Shown: piece by piece, positions 8,659 to 17,957 of the stretch | Layout of the letters: each line of letters starts with the position of its first letter | Position numbering within the stretch: position 1 is the stretch's first letter | IMG/VR virus record: IMGVR_UViG_3300035183_000460 | Span: 1 to 64,000 of that record | Origin: a virus | Strand: one strand, 5' to 3' | Length of the DNA stretch: 64,000 bases | Position numbers and translations under genes: made by a program | Notes under the pieces: model-generated | The model's input: the letters and a program-made list of their open reading frames with translations, nothing else | What the model was told of the DNA's origin: nothing | Database searches by the model: none

Positions 8659-9264
8659 TTAGATAATATAAAAATCTTGTAATCCAAATTTATTATATTC
8701 CTGTATAAACAATTTATTTGTTTTATAAGCCAAATTGTCAATTGTACATGAAAAATTATAGTATTGTATATTTTCTTTAATATGTGGTAAAGCAGATATT
8801 ACATATCCAAATAATCCATTATATGTATGATGCCAATCTTGATTTTCAATCTTAGACACAAAACTACTTTCAAAAGTTTTTAATTTATCCCAACTATTAA
8901 TGTTTGGTGAAATTCCTCCATGAACTATTGTTAGTACAATTGAAGAACTAAATATAAAAGAAACATAATTAAATTGTTTATTAAGCCATGTAAAAGAGAA
9001 TTCGTCCAATTTATTATTCAATAAATATAATAAATCTTGTTTTCCTATTATATAATAACCATCATTTTTATCTAAAAAATGCTGAATTTTATTAATTCTT
9101 TCATGAATTTTATTGTCATTTGGAAAAAATAAATTTCCTAAAAATACAAATATTGTATTATTATCTGACATTTCATTTAATTTTTCTAATTTATCTATTT
9201 TGTCATATATTGGAGCAACTACCAGAACTTTTTTGTTACAAACATTTAGTGATTGTTTATTCAT
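8659..9264 (-). CDS. Calcineurin-like metallophosphoesterase fold, metal ligands lost
   Basis: VVAPIYD / FLGNLF / IGKQD / VHGG align with GDIHG / GDxxD / GNHE / HGG; start placed at ATG 9264. Confidence 0.6.
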   Translation of the reverse strand: MNKQSLNVCNKKVLVVAPIYDKIDKLEKLNEMSDNNTIFVFLGNLFFPNDNKIHERINKIQHFLDKNDGYYIIGKQDLLYLLNNKLDEFSFTWLNKQFNYVSFIFSSSIVLTIVHGGISPNINSWDKLKTFESSFVSKIENQDWHHTYNGLFGYVISALPHIKENIQYYNFSCTIDNLAYKTNKLFIQEYNKFGLQDFYII

Positions 9265-9313
9265 TTTCAATACATATAATATATCTATACCTATTAAAAT
9301 GTTATTTTTTATC

Positions 9314-9761
9314 GAACTAGTTCTCGACAAACTCACGGAGGATATTAAATAGGAGGAGTATAGCTATACTAGCCTTACTAATCCTACTAATCATATTTTG
9401 AAAAATTAAAAAACTCAAAAACTAAAACAACAACAACTCAAACCATACCTAAAACCATATACAGTTTAATTTTAAATATTCTATAGAGCTCTTTTAGAGC
9501 TTAGTTGAAGCTTTCCCCATAGGTAAGTCAATAAGAATTTTATAAATTATATATAGATATTTATCAGATAAGTAGATCACACTATCTGACAGAATATGGT
9601 AAATTACTATTTGATTGTACCTAAAATTGTGACTAAAAATGTGACTAAAAACTAAAAACAATGAAATAAAATATTATTAAATTAATTAAATTAGTAAATT
9701 ATACAAAATTGTGAACTAGTTCTCGACAAACTCACGGAGGATATATATAGGAGGAGTATAG
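9314..9761. repeat. Two about 50-bp direct repeats (9314-9363 and 9713-9761) bracketing a non-coding region
   Basis: GAACTAGTTCTCGACAAACTCACGGAGGATAT(TAAAT/ATAT)AGGAGGAGTATAG. Confidence 0.95.
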
Positions 9762-9837
9762 TATAATAGTAATACTAGATCTAGATCCTATGACTAGGAC
9801 GTACTAGACGTAATACAAATATTTATGTGATATAAGT

Positions 9838-10173
9838 ATGAAGAAAACTAAGGAAAATAAAATATATTATTTTAAAAATGATGAAGAGTTTATAAATTCA
9901 ATTAACAAAATTCCTATAAATCTTAGTGAACATCCAGATATAATTGATAGAATATACAAAAAGTATCCAATAATTGACAAAAAAGACATTAGTATTATTG
10001 TAAAGGTATCGTTAGAGGTTTTGAGAGAATTACTAATTTTAGGAAATATAATAAATTTCAATAAGATATTTTTTGATTTTAAGCTTTACATATTTAAATA
10101 TGTTCGTAATGGAGTTATATTTCCATCACTTAGGGTTAAGTTAACTACACCACCTAGAATAAAAAGAGGATAA
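9838..10173 (+). CDS. HU/IHF-like DNA-binding protein (divergent)
   Basis: IIDRIYKKYPIIDKKDISIIVK...LRELLILGNII helix pattern followed by beta arm. Confidence 0.55.
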   Translation: MKKTKENKIYYFKNDEEFINSINKIPINLSEHPDIIDRIYKKYPIIDKKDISIIVKVSLEVLRELLILGNIINFNKIFFDFKLYIFKYVRNGVIFPSLRVKLTTPPRIKRG

Positions 10174-10174
10174 A

Positions 10175-10486
10175 ATGAATGACGATGAAAACATGAACGA
10201 TGATGAAAATGAAGAAATAATATCAGACGAAGAATTTATAAAAAATATAAATACATATAGTATTGAAAAATTATGTGATATAATCATTGCCAATAGATAC
10301 TTAGGCATGTTTAATAAATTGCACATTCCATGCATGGAAGAGTTGTCTCGTCGTAGAGCTTCAGGTGATATGTTTCCATTTGAAGATTATATTGAAAATA
10401 ATATAAAGGATCTTCCTAAGTTGGATTTTAAAATTACTGATATTGGAGACATGATTAATAGCATAAAAAAATATACAAAAATTTAA
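10175..10486 (+). CDS. Hypothetical protein
   Basis: 103-aa ORF with GAGGA SD. Confidence 0.7.
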   Translation: MNDDENMNDDENEEIISDEEFIKNINTYSIEKLCDIIIANRYLGMFNKLHIPCMEELSRRRASGDMFPFEDYIENNIKDLPKLDFKITDIGDMINSIKKYTKI

Positions 10487-10487
10487 T

Positions 10488-11009
10488 ATGAATACTGAAC
10501 TAACTAAACAAATTGTAAAACACGTTTATACAAATCTTGGAATAATTTCTTCTTCCTCTTCTTATTCAAGTAAATATTATTCTTTATTTGATGATAAATT
10601 TTTATTGCCTGATACAATATATTTAACTGATGATAAAGGTAATATTCAAATAGAGAACAAATTATGGTGTAGTCAATTATCTTATGAAGATAAAACCATT
10701 ACTATTTTAGTAGCCAATTGTGGAATTGAAGAAGATGAATACTGTTTATTAGTTGCTTTGGATAATGTGGTTTCATATGGATGTTATTTATCTTACGATA
10801 ATTTAGAAGCAATAATTGGAGTATTTATTAATTCTCATTGGGAGGCTGCTTCTACCTTTTTACAAGCCAATTTTTTGGCTGGAATGGAACAACTGAGACA
10901 TATTTCTGGTGAATGGGTACCCTGCAAAGAGTTTTCTGAATTTAAGAAAAATATTATTTCTTTTATCGAATATTGTGATGGTCAGTTAGATGAGAGGAAG
11001 AAAGATTAA
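10488..11009 (+). CDS. Hypothetical protein
   Basis: 173-aa ORF in a coupled run. Confidence 0.7.
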   Translation: MNTELTKQIVKHVYTNLGIISSSSSYSSKYYSLFDDKFLLPDTIYLTDDKGNIQIENKLWCSQLSYEDKTITILVANCGIEEDEYCLLVALDNVVSYGCYLSYDNLEAIIGVFINSHWEAASTFLQANFLAGMEQLRHISGEWVPCKEFSEFKKNIISFIEYCDGQLDERKKD

Positions 11010-11463
11010 TACAAATTTTGTATCTGATTTTATTTTAGAATGTAATAAAAAAGGGTTAAGTAATTCTGACGATATACTGCTCTACACTATAGAAGAGATA
11101 TCAAAAATAGATAATCAATTAAAGCAAATTGATCAGTTAAAAAAAAGAAGATCTGAATTATTTGATGTTAAATTGTTACTAGAAAAGAATAATAATAATA
11201 ATAATAATAATAATATAAATATAGATTTCTTTAAAGTAAGAGATAAAATGTTAGCAATTAATATTTTAAATTTATTTGAATCAAAAACGCAACACGAATC
11301 ATTTATACTAGATAAGTTATCTAACTTTAATAAAGAAGATATTATTAACTGTATTAATCAACTTAAAACTGCAAAAGTTATTTACAAACAGGATAATTAT
11401 AACATATTATATTTAGGTTCTGATTATAAAAAGTTTGTAAAATTTTTAAATGAGTATTATTGA
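10990..11463 (+). CDS. Hypothetical coiled-coil plus possible winged-helix protein
   Basis: N-terminal coiled coil, poly-Asn linker, C-terminal IINCINQLKTAKVI. Confidence 0.6.
   Translation: MRGRKINTNFVSDFILECNKKGLSNSDDILLYTIEEISKIDNQLKQIDQLKKRRSELFDVKLLLEKNNNNNNNNNINIDFFKVRDKMLAINILNLFESKTQHESFILDKLSNFNKEDIINCINQLKTAKVIYKQDNYNILYLGSDYKKFVKFLNEYY
11188..11214 (+). repeat. (AAT)9 microsatellite encoding Asn9
   Basis: Direct reading. Confidence 0.95.
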
Positions 11464-11813
11464 TGATTAAATTTAAAAATATAGATAAACTACAATTTTG
11501 TAATATTATATATAATAGGATTAAACAATCAACATTAATAGATAAAAAAATAGATAAAAATCATATTGTTAGTATTGTATCAATATTATTTGAAGAAATG
11601 TTATTAGATCTTTCTAGTGGAAAGAAATTTAACATTGGAAATTTTGGAAAGTTTTTTATAAAAAAAATGAAACCAAGAAAATTTTTTAATGTTACACAAA
11701 TGAAGGTCACAGAATCGGTAGGTAATAAAATATTGAAATTTAAATTTTCACAACAAAATAGGAGAAAAATATTAGATTCTATTGATGTAGAGAAAACATT
11801 TGGAAATAAATGA
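11460..11813 (+). CDS. HU/IHF-family DNA-binding protein
   Basis: G.KFNIGNFGKF....KPRKFFN..........KFKFS. Confidence 0.8.
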   Translation: MMIKFKNIDKLQFCNIIYNRIKQSTLIDKKIDKNHIVSIVSILFEEMLLDLSSGKKFNIGNFGKFFIKKMKPRKFFNVTQMKVTESVGNKILKFKFSQQNRRKILDSIDVEKTFGNK

Positions 11814-12169
11814 AAAAAAAACAATATTTTGTTTGCATTAATTATTATATTAAAAAGGATATTTGTATAGAAGCAGATTCTATGCAAGAAGCAGAGAAAA
11901 AATTTTTTGAGATTACTAAAGCTAGATCAAATAGTACTTATGGTCCGTTTTTTAAAAAACGTGGTTATTCAATTAAAAATGAACAAACTATTACGCTTAG
12001 TGGTAAACAAATTAGAGCTATTTATGATGACTGGTATGTAAAAGCACATTTATTATCTATACCTGCTAATTCTGCGTTATTATTCTTTGAAAAAAGAGTT
12101 GATGAACGAAAAATTGCACCGCCAAATGATAATTTGATAGTTAATATAGGAGAATTGACAATAATATGA
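11810..12169 (+). CDS. Hypothetical protein
   Basis: 119-aa ORF with ATGA overlaps. Confidence 0.7.
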   Translation: MKKKQYFVCINYYIKKDICIEADSMQEAEKKFFEITKARSNSTYGPFFKKRGYSIKNEQTITLSGKQIRAIYDDWYVKAHLLSIPANSALLFFEKRVDERKIAPPNDNLIVNIGELTII

Positions 12170-12504
12170 ACAAAACAAAGTTAAAAAAAATAAAATCTGC
12201 TTTGATTTCAGAGAAAGATAGAATTATTAAAACTTATTATCATAAATCTAATGATATAGATAATGATGGTGATGAGGTTGATGAAATACAAGCAAATCTA
12301 ATTAATTATATAAATAGTAATTTATCATCAAGAGATGCTTACAAAGTAAAACAAATAAACATTGCATTGCAGAAAATAGAAGATAATACTTTTGGAATTT
12401 GTGAAGACTGTGAAAATGAAATTCCTGAAAAGAGATTAATGATTAATCCGTGTTTTCCTACTTGTGTAGAATGTGCAGAAGATCGTGAAAAAAATAAAAA
12501 ATGA
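12166..12504 (+). CDS. dksA: DksA/TraR-family C4 zinc-finger RNA polymerase regulator
   Basis: Coiled-coil tip GDEVDE; AL.KI...TFGICEDC..EIP..RL...P....CVEC. Confidence 0.88.
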   Translation: MNKTKLKKIKSALISEKDRIIKTYYHKSNDIDNDGDEVDEIQANLINYINSNLSSRDAYKVKQINIALQKIEDNTFGICEDCENEIPEKRLMINPCFPTCVECAEDREKNKK

Positions 12505-12516
12505 AGGAGTAATTAA

Positions 12517-13104
12517 TTGAATACATTTATATTAGAAGATAATAAAGATGTTATTATTAATGTATTTGAGAAATTGTCAAATGACAGAATATTATTCATA
12601 TCAGATTTCATAGACGACAATTTATCTTCATATATTGTAGCGTCTTTATTGTTAAAGAATTCCGAGGATTCTACAAGCAAAATATCTATTGTTATAAATT
12701 CTGAAGGTGGAGACATTAGAAATGTATTTATGATTTATGATATTATGAAAATGATTGACGCACCAATAGAAACTATATGTATAGGATGCGCAATGAATGA
12801 ATCGGTAATTTTATTAGCTTCTGGAACTCCTGGCATGAGATATGCAACAAAAAATTCTGTAATTTGTCCTAGCCAATTGATTCATGATAAATCTTATTAT
12901 TCAGATTTAACTGACGCTAAAACTACATTAGATCAGGTTAAAGATGATAATGATAAAAAAATGGAAATTTTGGCAAAATGTACTGGAAAAACATTTAAAC
13001 GTGTAATGCATGATTTTAATAGAAAAAAATTTATGACTCCAAAACAAGCTAAAGATTATGGAATTATAGATGGAATTGTTAATTACAACCATAAAAAATT
13101 ATGA
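12517..13104 (+). CDS. ClpP-fold protein lacking the catalytic triad (ClpR-like)
   Basis: RILF, INSEGG, ETICIG; Ser site is AMN, His site is CPS, Asp site is RK; TTG start after AAGGAG. Confidence 0.85.
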   Translation: MNTFILEDNKDVIINVFEKLSNDRILFISDFIDDNLSSYIVASLLLKNSEDSTSKISIVINSEGGDIRNVFMIYDIMKMIDAPIETICIGCAMNESVILLASGTPGMRYATKNSVICPSQLIHDKSYYSDLTDAKTTLDQVKDDNDKKMEILAKCTGKTFKRVMHDFNRKKFMTPKQAKDYGIIDGIVNYNHKKL

Positions 13105-13144
13105 TTGTTTTATTATTAGTAAATCATAAAATATATAAAATAAC

Positions 13145-13744
13145 ATGAAAAATAAATTATATGAAGAAAATAGCGTAGAAAATGTAACAGCGAATTATGC
13201 TGATTTTATACAATCTGTATACATTACGCTATCTAAAAATAGAATAATATTTTTGAATGAAAAAATTACTAAAACAACTGCATCTGAAATGTGCGCTCTG
13301 TTATTATATTATGATAATCAAAATTCAGAAAAGGATATTGAAATTTATATTAATACTGATGGAGGTGATTCTTTAGCTTTATCACATATATATGATATAA
13401 TGCAAACTATTAAATCCCCTATTAAAACAATTTGTATAGGTAAAGCGTATTCTGCTGGCGCTATATTGTTAGCATCCGGCTCTCCTGGTAAAAGATGTAT
13501 TTTAAAACATGCAAAAGTTATGATTCATGGTATTCAGTGCGCTTTTCCTGTTATCGGAGATGTTGATCAGGAAGGATCACAAAATTATTTTAATTTTTTG
13601 AATTCTCATAACAATTCTATTATGAAAATTATTTCTAAACATACAGGACAACCTATTTCAAAGGTTATTAAAGATTGTAAAAGAGATGTATTTATGGATG
13701 CGAAAGAGGCTTTGTCGTATGGTTTAGTTGATTATATAATATAA
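13145..13744 (+). CDS. clpP: ClpP protease proteolytic subunit (triad intact)
   Basis: IGKAYSAGA (Ser), VMIHG (His), RDVFMDAKEALSYGLVD (Asp). Confidence 0.92.
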   Translation: MKNKLYEENSVENVTANYADFIQSVYITLSKNRIIFLNEKITKTTASEMCALLLYYDNQNSEKDIEIYINTDGGDSLALSHIYDIMQTIKSPIKTICIGKAYSAGAILLASGSPGKRCILKHAKVMIHGIQCAFPVIGDVDQEGSQNYFNFLNSHNNSIMKIISKHTGQPISKVIKDCKRDVFMDAKEALSYGLVDYII

Positions 13745-13805
13745 CAAATTTATTATATTAAATATAAAACCTTGTATATTTTATTAATAAATATGTATAA
13801 TAATT

Positions 13806-14954
13806 ATGATAAAGGAATCTAGAAAAAAATCTAATGATCCTGTACAGGAAGCTCTAAGAACTAGAAAGGATAAATGGAATTTAGCAACAACAGAATTAAT
13901 TAGTAGAATTATTGCATTTAAAAGAGCATTAAATGGTCGTGGAGATAATAAATATTCTTTACCTCCATCAAAAATTCAGGACCCATTTCCCTCTGAAGTT
14001 ATATCTTTTTTAAATCAACTATCATCAAATTATGAGGCTGTTGCTAAAGAAGCATATAAAATTATTAGTGATCAAGCAGAATATTCAAAACAAAGGAAGA
14101 AGCCTAAAACTGCAAGTTTAATATCTAATGGCTCAAATAAATTAACTAGACTATTAACATATCTAAAAAGTCCATTTTTAAGTGGTGATGATCTTAAAAA
14201 AGTAAGAATTTCTCTTTTAAAAAAAATGGCAGAGATTTACTCATTATTAGACAAATTAGAGTATGAAATTTTATCCTCTTCTAAAGAATCAATATCTTTA
14301 TCGAAAAAGATGATAGATAATATAGATTCAAAAATAACAAATGCATTTAATATATATAAAAGTATTGTTGAATCGTGGTCAAAAGATATAGGATTAATAG
14401 ATTTTATAATTAAAGATTTTATATATGCGGTTAATATACCAAATTTTCAGCAGACAGATATTTATAAAAAAATATCTCCAACAATATCTAAATTAAATAA
14501 GTCAAAAAATAATTTACAATATGAGATAGCTAAAGATGAATTAATTAATCTTCACAATGAAGTTATTAATTATATTAATTCACTATATGATACTAATTTT
14601 AATTCTATTCAAGCTTTTTTAAAGAATCTTCAACATTTAAAATCAAAAAATGATAATATAAGTTTAAAATCAGAAAAAGATTTGAAGTCAGTAGCTACAA
14701 ATTTTATAACAAAATGGTTGAAAAAGCAAAAACATAATATTAATCCGTTAGATGTAACTTCTGCAAATAGGCTTAAGGCTTATGAAAAAATATTAACACT
14801 AAAAGAATCTGTTAATAAACTAATGGATGTGTTAGAGAATAATTTAGATGAACATTTAATTAAAGAGTATTTTAGAGAAATTAGTAAAAATATGTCAGAT
14901 GTTCATATTGTTTTTGAGCCTTTGTTGTATTTAGTTAATACAGAAAATAAATAA
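13806..14954 (+). CDS. Hypothetical helical protein (possible virion protein)
   Basis: 382-aa ORF; KTAS and KSVA motifs. Confidence 0.7.
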   Translation: MIKESRKKSNDPVQEALRTRKDKWNLATTELISRIIAFKRALNGRGDNKYSLPPSKIQDPFPSEVISFLNQLSSNYEAVAKEAYKIISDQAEYSKQRKKPKTASLISNGSNKLTRLLTYLKSPFLSGDDLKKVRISLLKKMAEIYSLLDKLEYEILSSSKESISLSKKMIDNIDSKITNAFNIYKSIVESWSKDIGLIDFIIKDFIYAVNIPNFQQTDIYKKISPTISKLNKSKNNLQYEIAKDELINLHNEVINYINSLYDTNFNSIQAFLKNLQHLKSKNDNISLKSEKDLKSVATNFITKWLKKQKHNINPLDVTSANRLKAYEKILTLKESVNKLMDVLENNLDEHLIKEYFREISKNMSDVHIVFEPLLYLVNTENK

Positions 14955-15365
14955 ATGTTACAAGGATATCTTTATATTAAAGACTATATATTTTCTACTT
15001 TATTGGCTATTTCTGATGAAGAAAAAGAGAATGGTTTAATGTTTATTGAACCTCCGACACCTGTAATGTCTTTTATATATAGAATTCCACAGATTAATAA
15101 ATTTTGGATGAAAAATACACCTGCACCTTTGGATATTGTTTTTTGTTTAAATGGTAAAATAGATAAAATTTGTAATGGAACTCCATATTCTACAGAAATT
15201 ATTACAAATAATAATCTTAGTGATTTAGTAATAGAATTACCTGAAGGAACTTGTAAAAAGATGGGGTTTAAAGAGGGTGATCCTGCAGGTTTAGTTAAAC
15301 CTATAGATTACATTATAGATATTAATAGAATTAAAAATAATTTGTCATATAAACTTAATATTTAA
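14955..15365 (+). CDS. DUF192-family protein
   Basis: GLMF, FWMKNT..PLDIVF, VIELPEG. Confidence 0.85.
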   Translation: MLQGYLYIKDYIFSTLLAISDEEKENGLMFIEPPTPVMSFIYRIPQINKFWMKNTPAPLDIVFCLNGKIDKICNGTPYSTEIITNNNLSDLVIELPEGTCKKMGFKEGDPAGLVKPIDYIIDINRIKNNLSYKLNI

Positions 15366-15411
15366 AAACAATTTGTTATTATTTTTTTTACAATTTATAG
15401 TATATATCAAG

Positions 15412-16401
15412 ATGGATAAAATACAGCAAATAAATTCTATATTTAGATCTTATAAAATTCTAGCATTATGTAAAGATTATAAAGAAATAAACAATTATTG
15501 TTATTATGATATTATTTTAGAGCCAACGGCGCGTGTTAAAGATATAGAGAAATTTTCTACTGAAATTGGTATTGCATTAAAAAAATATGGTAAACCTAGT
15601 ATCAGATTACTATCTGAGCTTGGTATAATAAGATTAGAGTTTTTTAATAATAATTCTTATATTATAAATATATTTGATTATTTCTATAAGATAAATCCTC
15701 CCCCTGGCAATTTACAGTGTTTATTAGGACAGAATATTCAAGGAGAACGTCTTTGGTTAGATTTAACTACATCTCCTCATATGATCGTATCTGGTACAAC
15801 AGGTTCTGGTAAGAGCACGATATTACACACTATTATTGCAAATTTGCTAAATTATTATGATACTCAAATTTTTTTAATGGATACTAAAAATATTGAATTT
15901 TGTGAATATCCTGAATTTATTAAAAGCAATTTATATTTTGCATCTACGTACAATCAATGTCTTTGTATGTTAAAAGATTTATGTTCAATTATGGAGTCAA
16001 GATATGAATTGTTAAGACAACAAAATATATACAATAATTTGCCGTATATAGTAGTAATTATAGATGAATTCGCAGATTTAATATTGCAAGATATTGATAA
16101 TGAATTCTATAATTTATTGTGCAAATTATCTCAGAAATGTCGTGCATCAAAAATTCATATAATTATATCTACACAGAGACCATCTGTAGATATTATATGT
16201 GGAACCATTAAGTCTAATTTTCCTGTTAGAATTGCTTGTAAAGTTGCTTCTCGTGCAGATTCTAAAGTAATATTAGATGTTGGTGGTGCTGAAAATTTAT
16301 TTGGTAATGGAGATTCTTTACTTAAAAATAATTTAGGAAAACTTGAGAGATTTCAATCGGCTTATACTTCACCAAAAGAAATAAGAAAATACTTTGAATA
16401 A
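15412..16401 (+). CDS. FtsK/SpoIIIE DNA translocase, motor domains only
   Basis: PHMIVSGTTGSGKS, IIDEFADL, STQRPS, GAENLFGNGD; no transmembrane or gamma domain. Confidence 0.9.
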   Translation: MDKIQQINSIFRSYKILALCKDYKEINNYCYYDIILEPTARVKDIEKFSTEIGIALKKYGKPSIRLLSELGIIRLEFFNNNSYIINIFDYFYKINPPPGNLQCLLGQNIQGERLWLDLTTSPHMIVSGTTGSGKSTILHTIIANLLNYYDTQIFLMDTKNIEFCEYPEFIKSNLYFASTYNQCLCMLKDLCSIMESRYELLRQQNIYNNLPYIVVIIDEFADLILQDIDNEFYNLLCKLSQKCRASKIHIIISTQRPSVDIICGTIKSNFPVRIACKVASRADSKVILDVGGAENLFGNGDSLLKNNLGKLERFQSAYTSPKEIRKYFE

Positions 16402-16402
16402 T

Positions 16403-17053
16403 ATGAAATCTAAAAAGTATAATGATTATTTTTTGATTAAAAATAATATAAATTATTTAATTCAACAAGTAAATTATTCTAATATTGATTTTACCAAACA
16501 TCATAAAATCGCAGCATTAAAAGCGTTCAATGATGTACTAGACGTTCATACTGATGAAATGATAGATTATTTGATAAATCGTAAAAGGGGGTTGGGTATT
16601 CAAAATAAAATATTCAAAAAGTATGTATCTAATATAGAATCAAATATTCCATTTTCATTTAAGCGAGGAAAAAATATAATAAAAGTAAAGTCTGTATTTG
16701 ATTTGGGAATATTTTCAGGCATAAGTAAATTCAAATCTACAATAAATAATGGAATAATTTTAAACAAAACAGAAGATATTTATGTAGGAAGTAGATCTGC
16801 TTTTTATTGTAGACCTTATTATATTGGTAAGGTTCTTGATATCATTAATAATGATAAAATATCTATTATAGATAAGATGATAGATTATAATTTTAATAAA
16901 ATTTATATGGAAAAATATTTGTCTAATATTATGGTTACTGTAATTCATTTAATGGTTCCACCACATTATCAAGCTGGTGGTATGTCATATATTAATAGAG
17001 CTAGAAAACAGATTTCTAATTGCATATTGTCTTATGTAAATAAATACACTTAG
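16403..17053 (+). CDS. Hypothetical protein
   Basis: About 216-aa ORF coupled to ftsK. Confidence 0.7.
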   Translation: MKSKKYNDYFLIKNNINYLIQQVNYSNIDFTKHHKIAALKAFNDVLDVHTDEMIDYLINRKRGLGIQNKIFKKYVSNIESNIPFSFKRGKNIIKVKSVFDLGIFSGISKFKSTINNGIILNKTEDIYVGSRSAFYCRPYYIGKVLDIINNDKISIIDKMIDYNFNKIYMEKYLSNIMVTVIHLMVPPHYQAGGMSYINRARKQISNCILSYVNKYT

Positions 17054-17068
17054 AGTAGTTATAATATT

Positions 17069-17455
17069 ATGATTAATGCATCTTTTTCCTCAATTTATAC
17101 ATCCAGATGTAAATATTGTGCCGGTGTTCCAAAGAATTATTCTTTTAGAATAGATAAATTTTCATCTAAAAAAATTAAATTTATTTTATTTATTAAAAAT
17201 ACTTTCTTTATAAAAGAATATTTAAATTTTAAAGATGCAATAGTTTTTATTAATGGAAAAAGAAATAAATTTGTAACAACTGCATTTAATAAAATGGATG
17301 TATCAATGTTTAAAAACAACCATGATATTCTAGAAAATAGAATATCAAATTGTTTATCTTGTGATTGTGGTAAAACTATTTGGGCTTATTCTGAATCTCA
17401 TAATAGACGGCACATTATGAATAAACGATGTAAATATAATTATACTTTAAAGTAA
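17069..17455 (+). CDS. Hypothetical protein with CxxC and CxC
   Basis: CKYC...CDCG. Confidence 0.6.
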   Translation: MINASFSSIYTSRCKYCAGVPKNYSFRIDKFSSKKIKFILFIKNTFFIKEYLNFKDAIVFINGKRNKFVTTAFNKMDVSMFKNNHDILENRISNCLSCDCGKTIWAYSESHNRRHIMNKRCKYNYTLK

Positions 17456-17525
17456 AGTATTACTTGTTAGATGTAATTAAACTGTTTTAATTTAACACTA
17501 AATGAATAATAGTAATAGTGTTATA

Positions 17526-17924
17526 TTATGTTTTCAATAATTTTTTTACTTGGTTTTCTAAAAAAACAAAATTATCCGATAGTTCTTCAAATAATTTCCA
17601 TTGTTTTCTAATCAATGTATAACATGAATAATATGACATTCTTCCCAATGTTCTATAATAATTTTCGGAAGCATATGATAAAAATTTTGGATATAATGTT
17701 TTAGAGAAAAAAATCCAATCACCAATATTTTGGAATATTGAAAAGTCTTGTCTTTCTTTAGCAGATGCATATAATAAAGTAATGCTATCTTTAGATAAAT
17801 CTGTTTCTGAATTTATATATTTTGTATATATGCTTATAATATATGTTTTAGTATCGTATTCACATTGTAAATCTTTTAATTTTTCAGTAAAAAATTGATT
17901 TAAATTTGTAAAATCAGTAATCAT
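17526..17924 (-). CDS. Hypothetical protein
   Basis: 132-aa ORF; IGDW.FF...YY..LGR.SY pattern. Confidence 0.7.
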   Translation of the reverse strand: MITDFTNLNQFFTEKLKDLQCEYDTKTYIISIYTKYINSETDLSKDSITLLYASAKERQDFSIFQNIGDWIFFSKTLYPKFLSYASENYYRTLGRMSYYSCYTLIRKQWKLFEELSDNFVFLENQVKKLLKT

Positions 17925-17957
17925 AAATAAAATATTTAATTATTGAAAGAAAAATGT

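Noticed and set aside
9314-9761. 50-bp repeat pair as a mini CRISPR array or att sites
   Set aside because: Only two copies about 350 bp apart; no cas or integrase gene in the window
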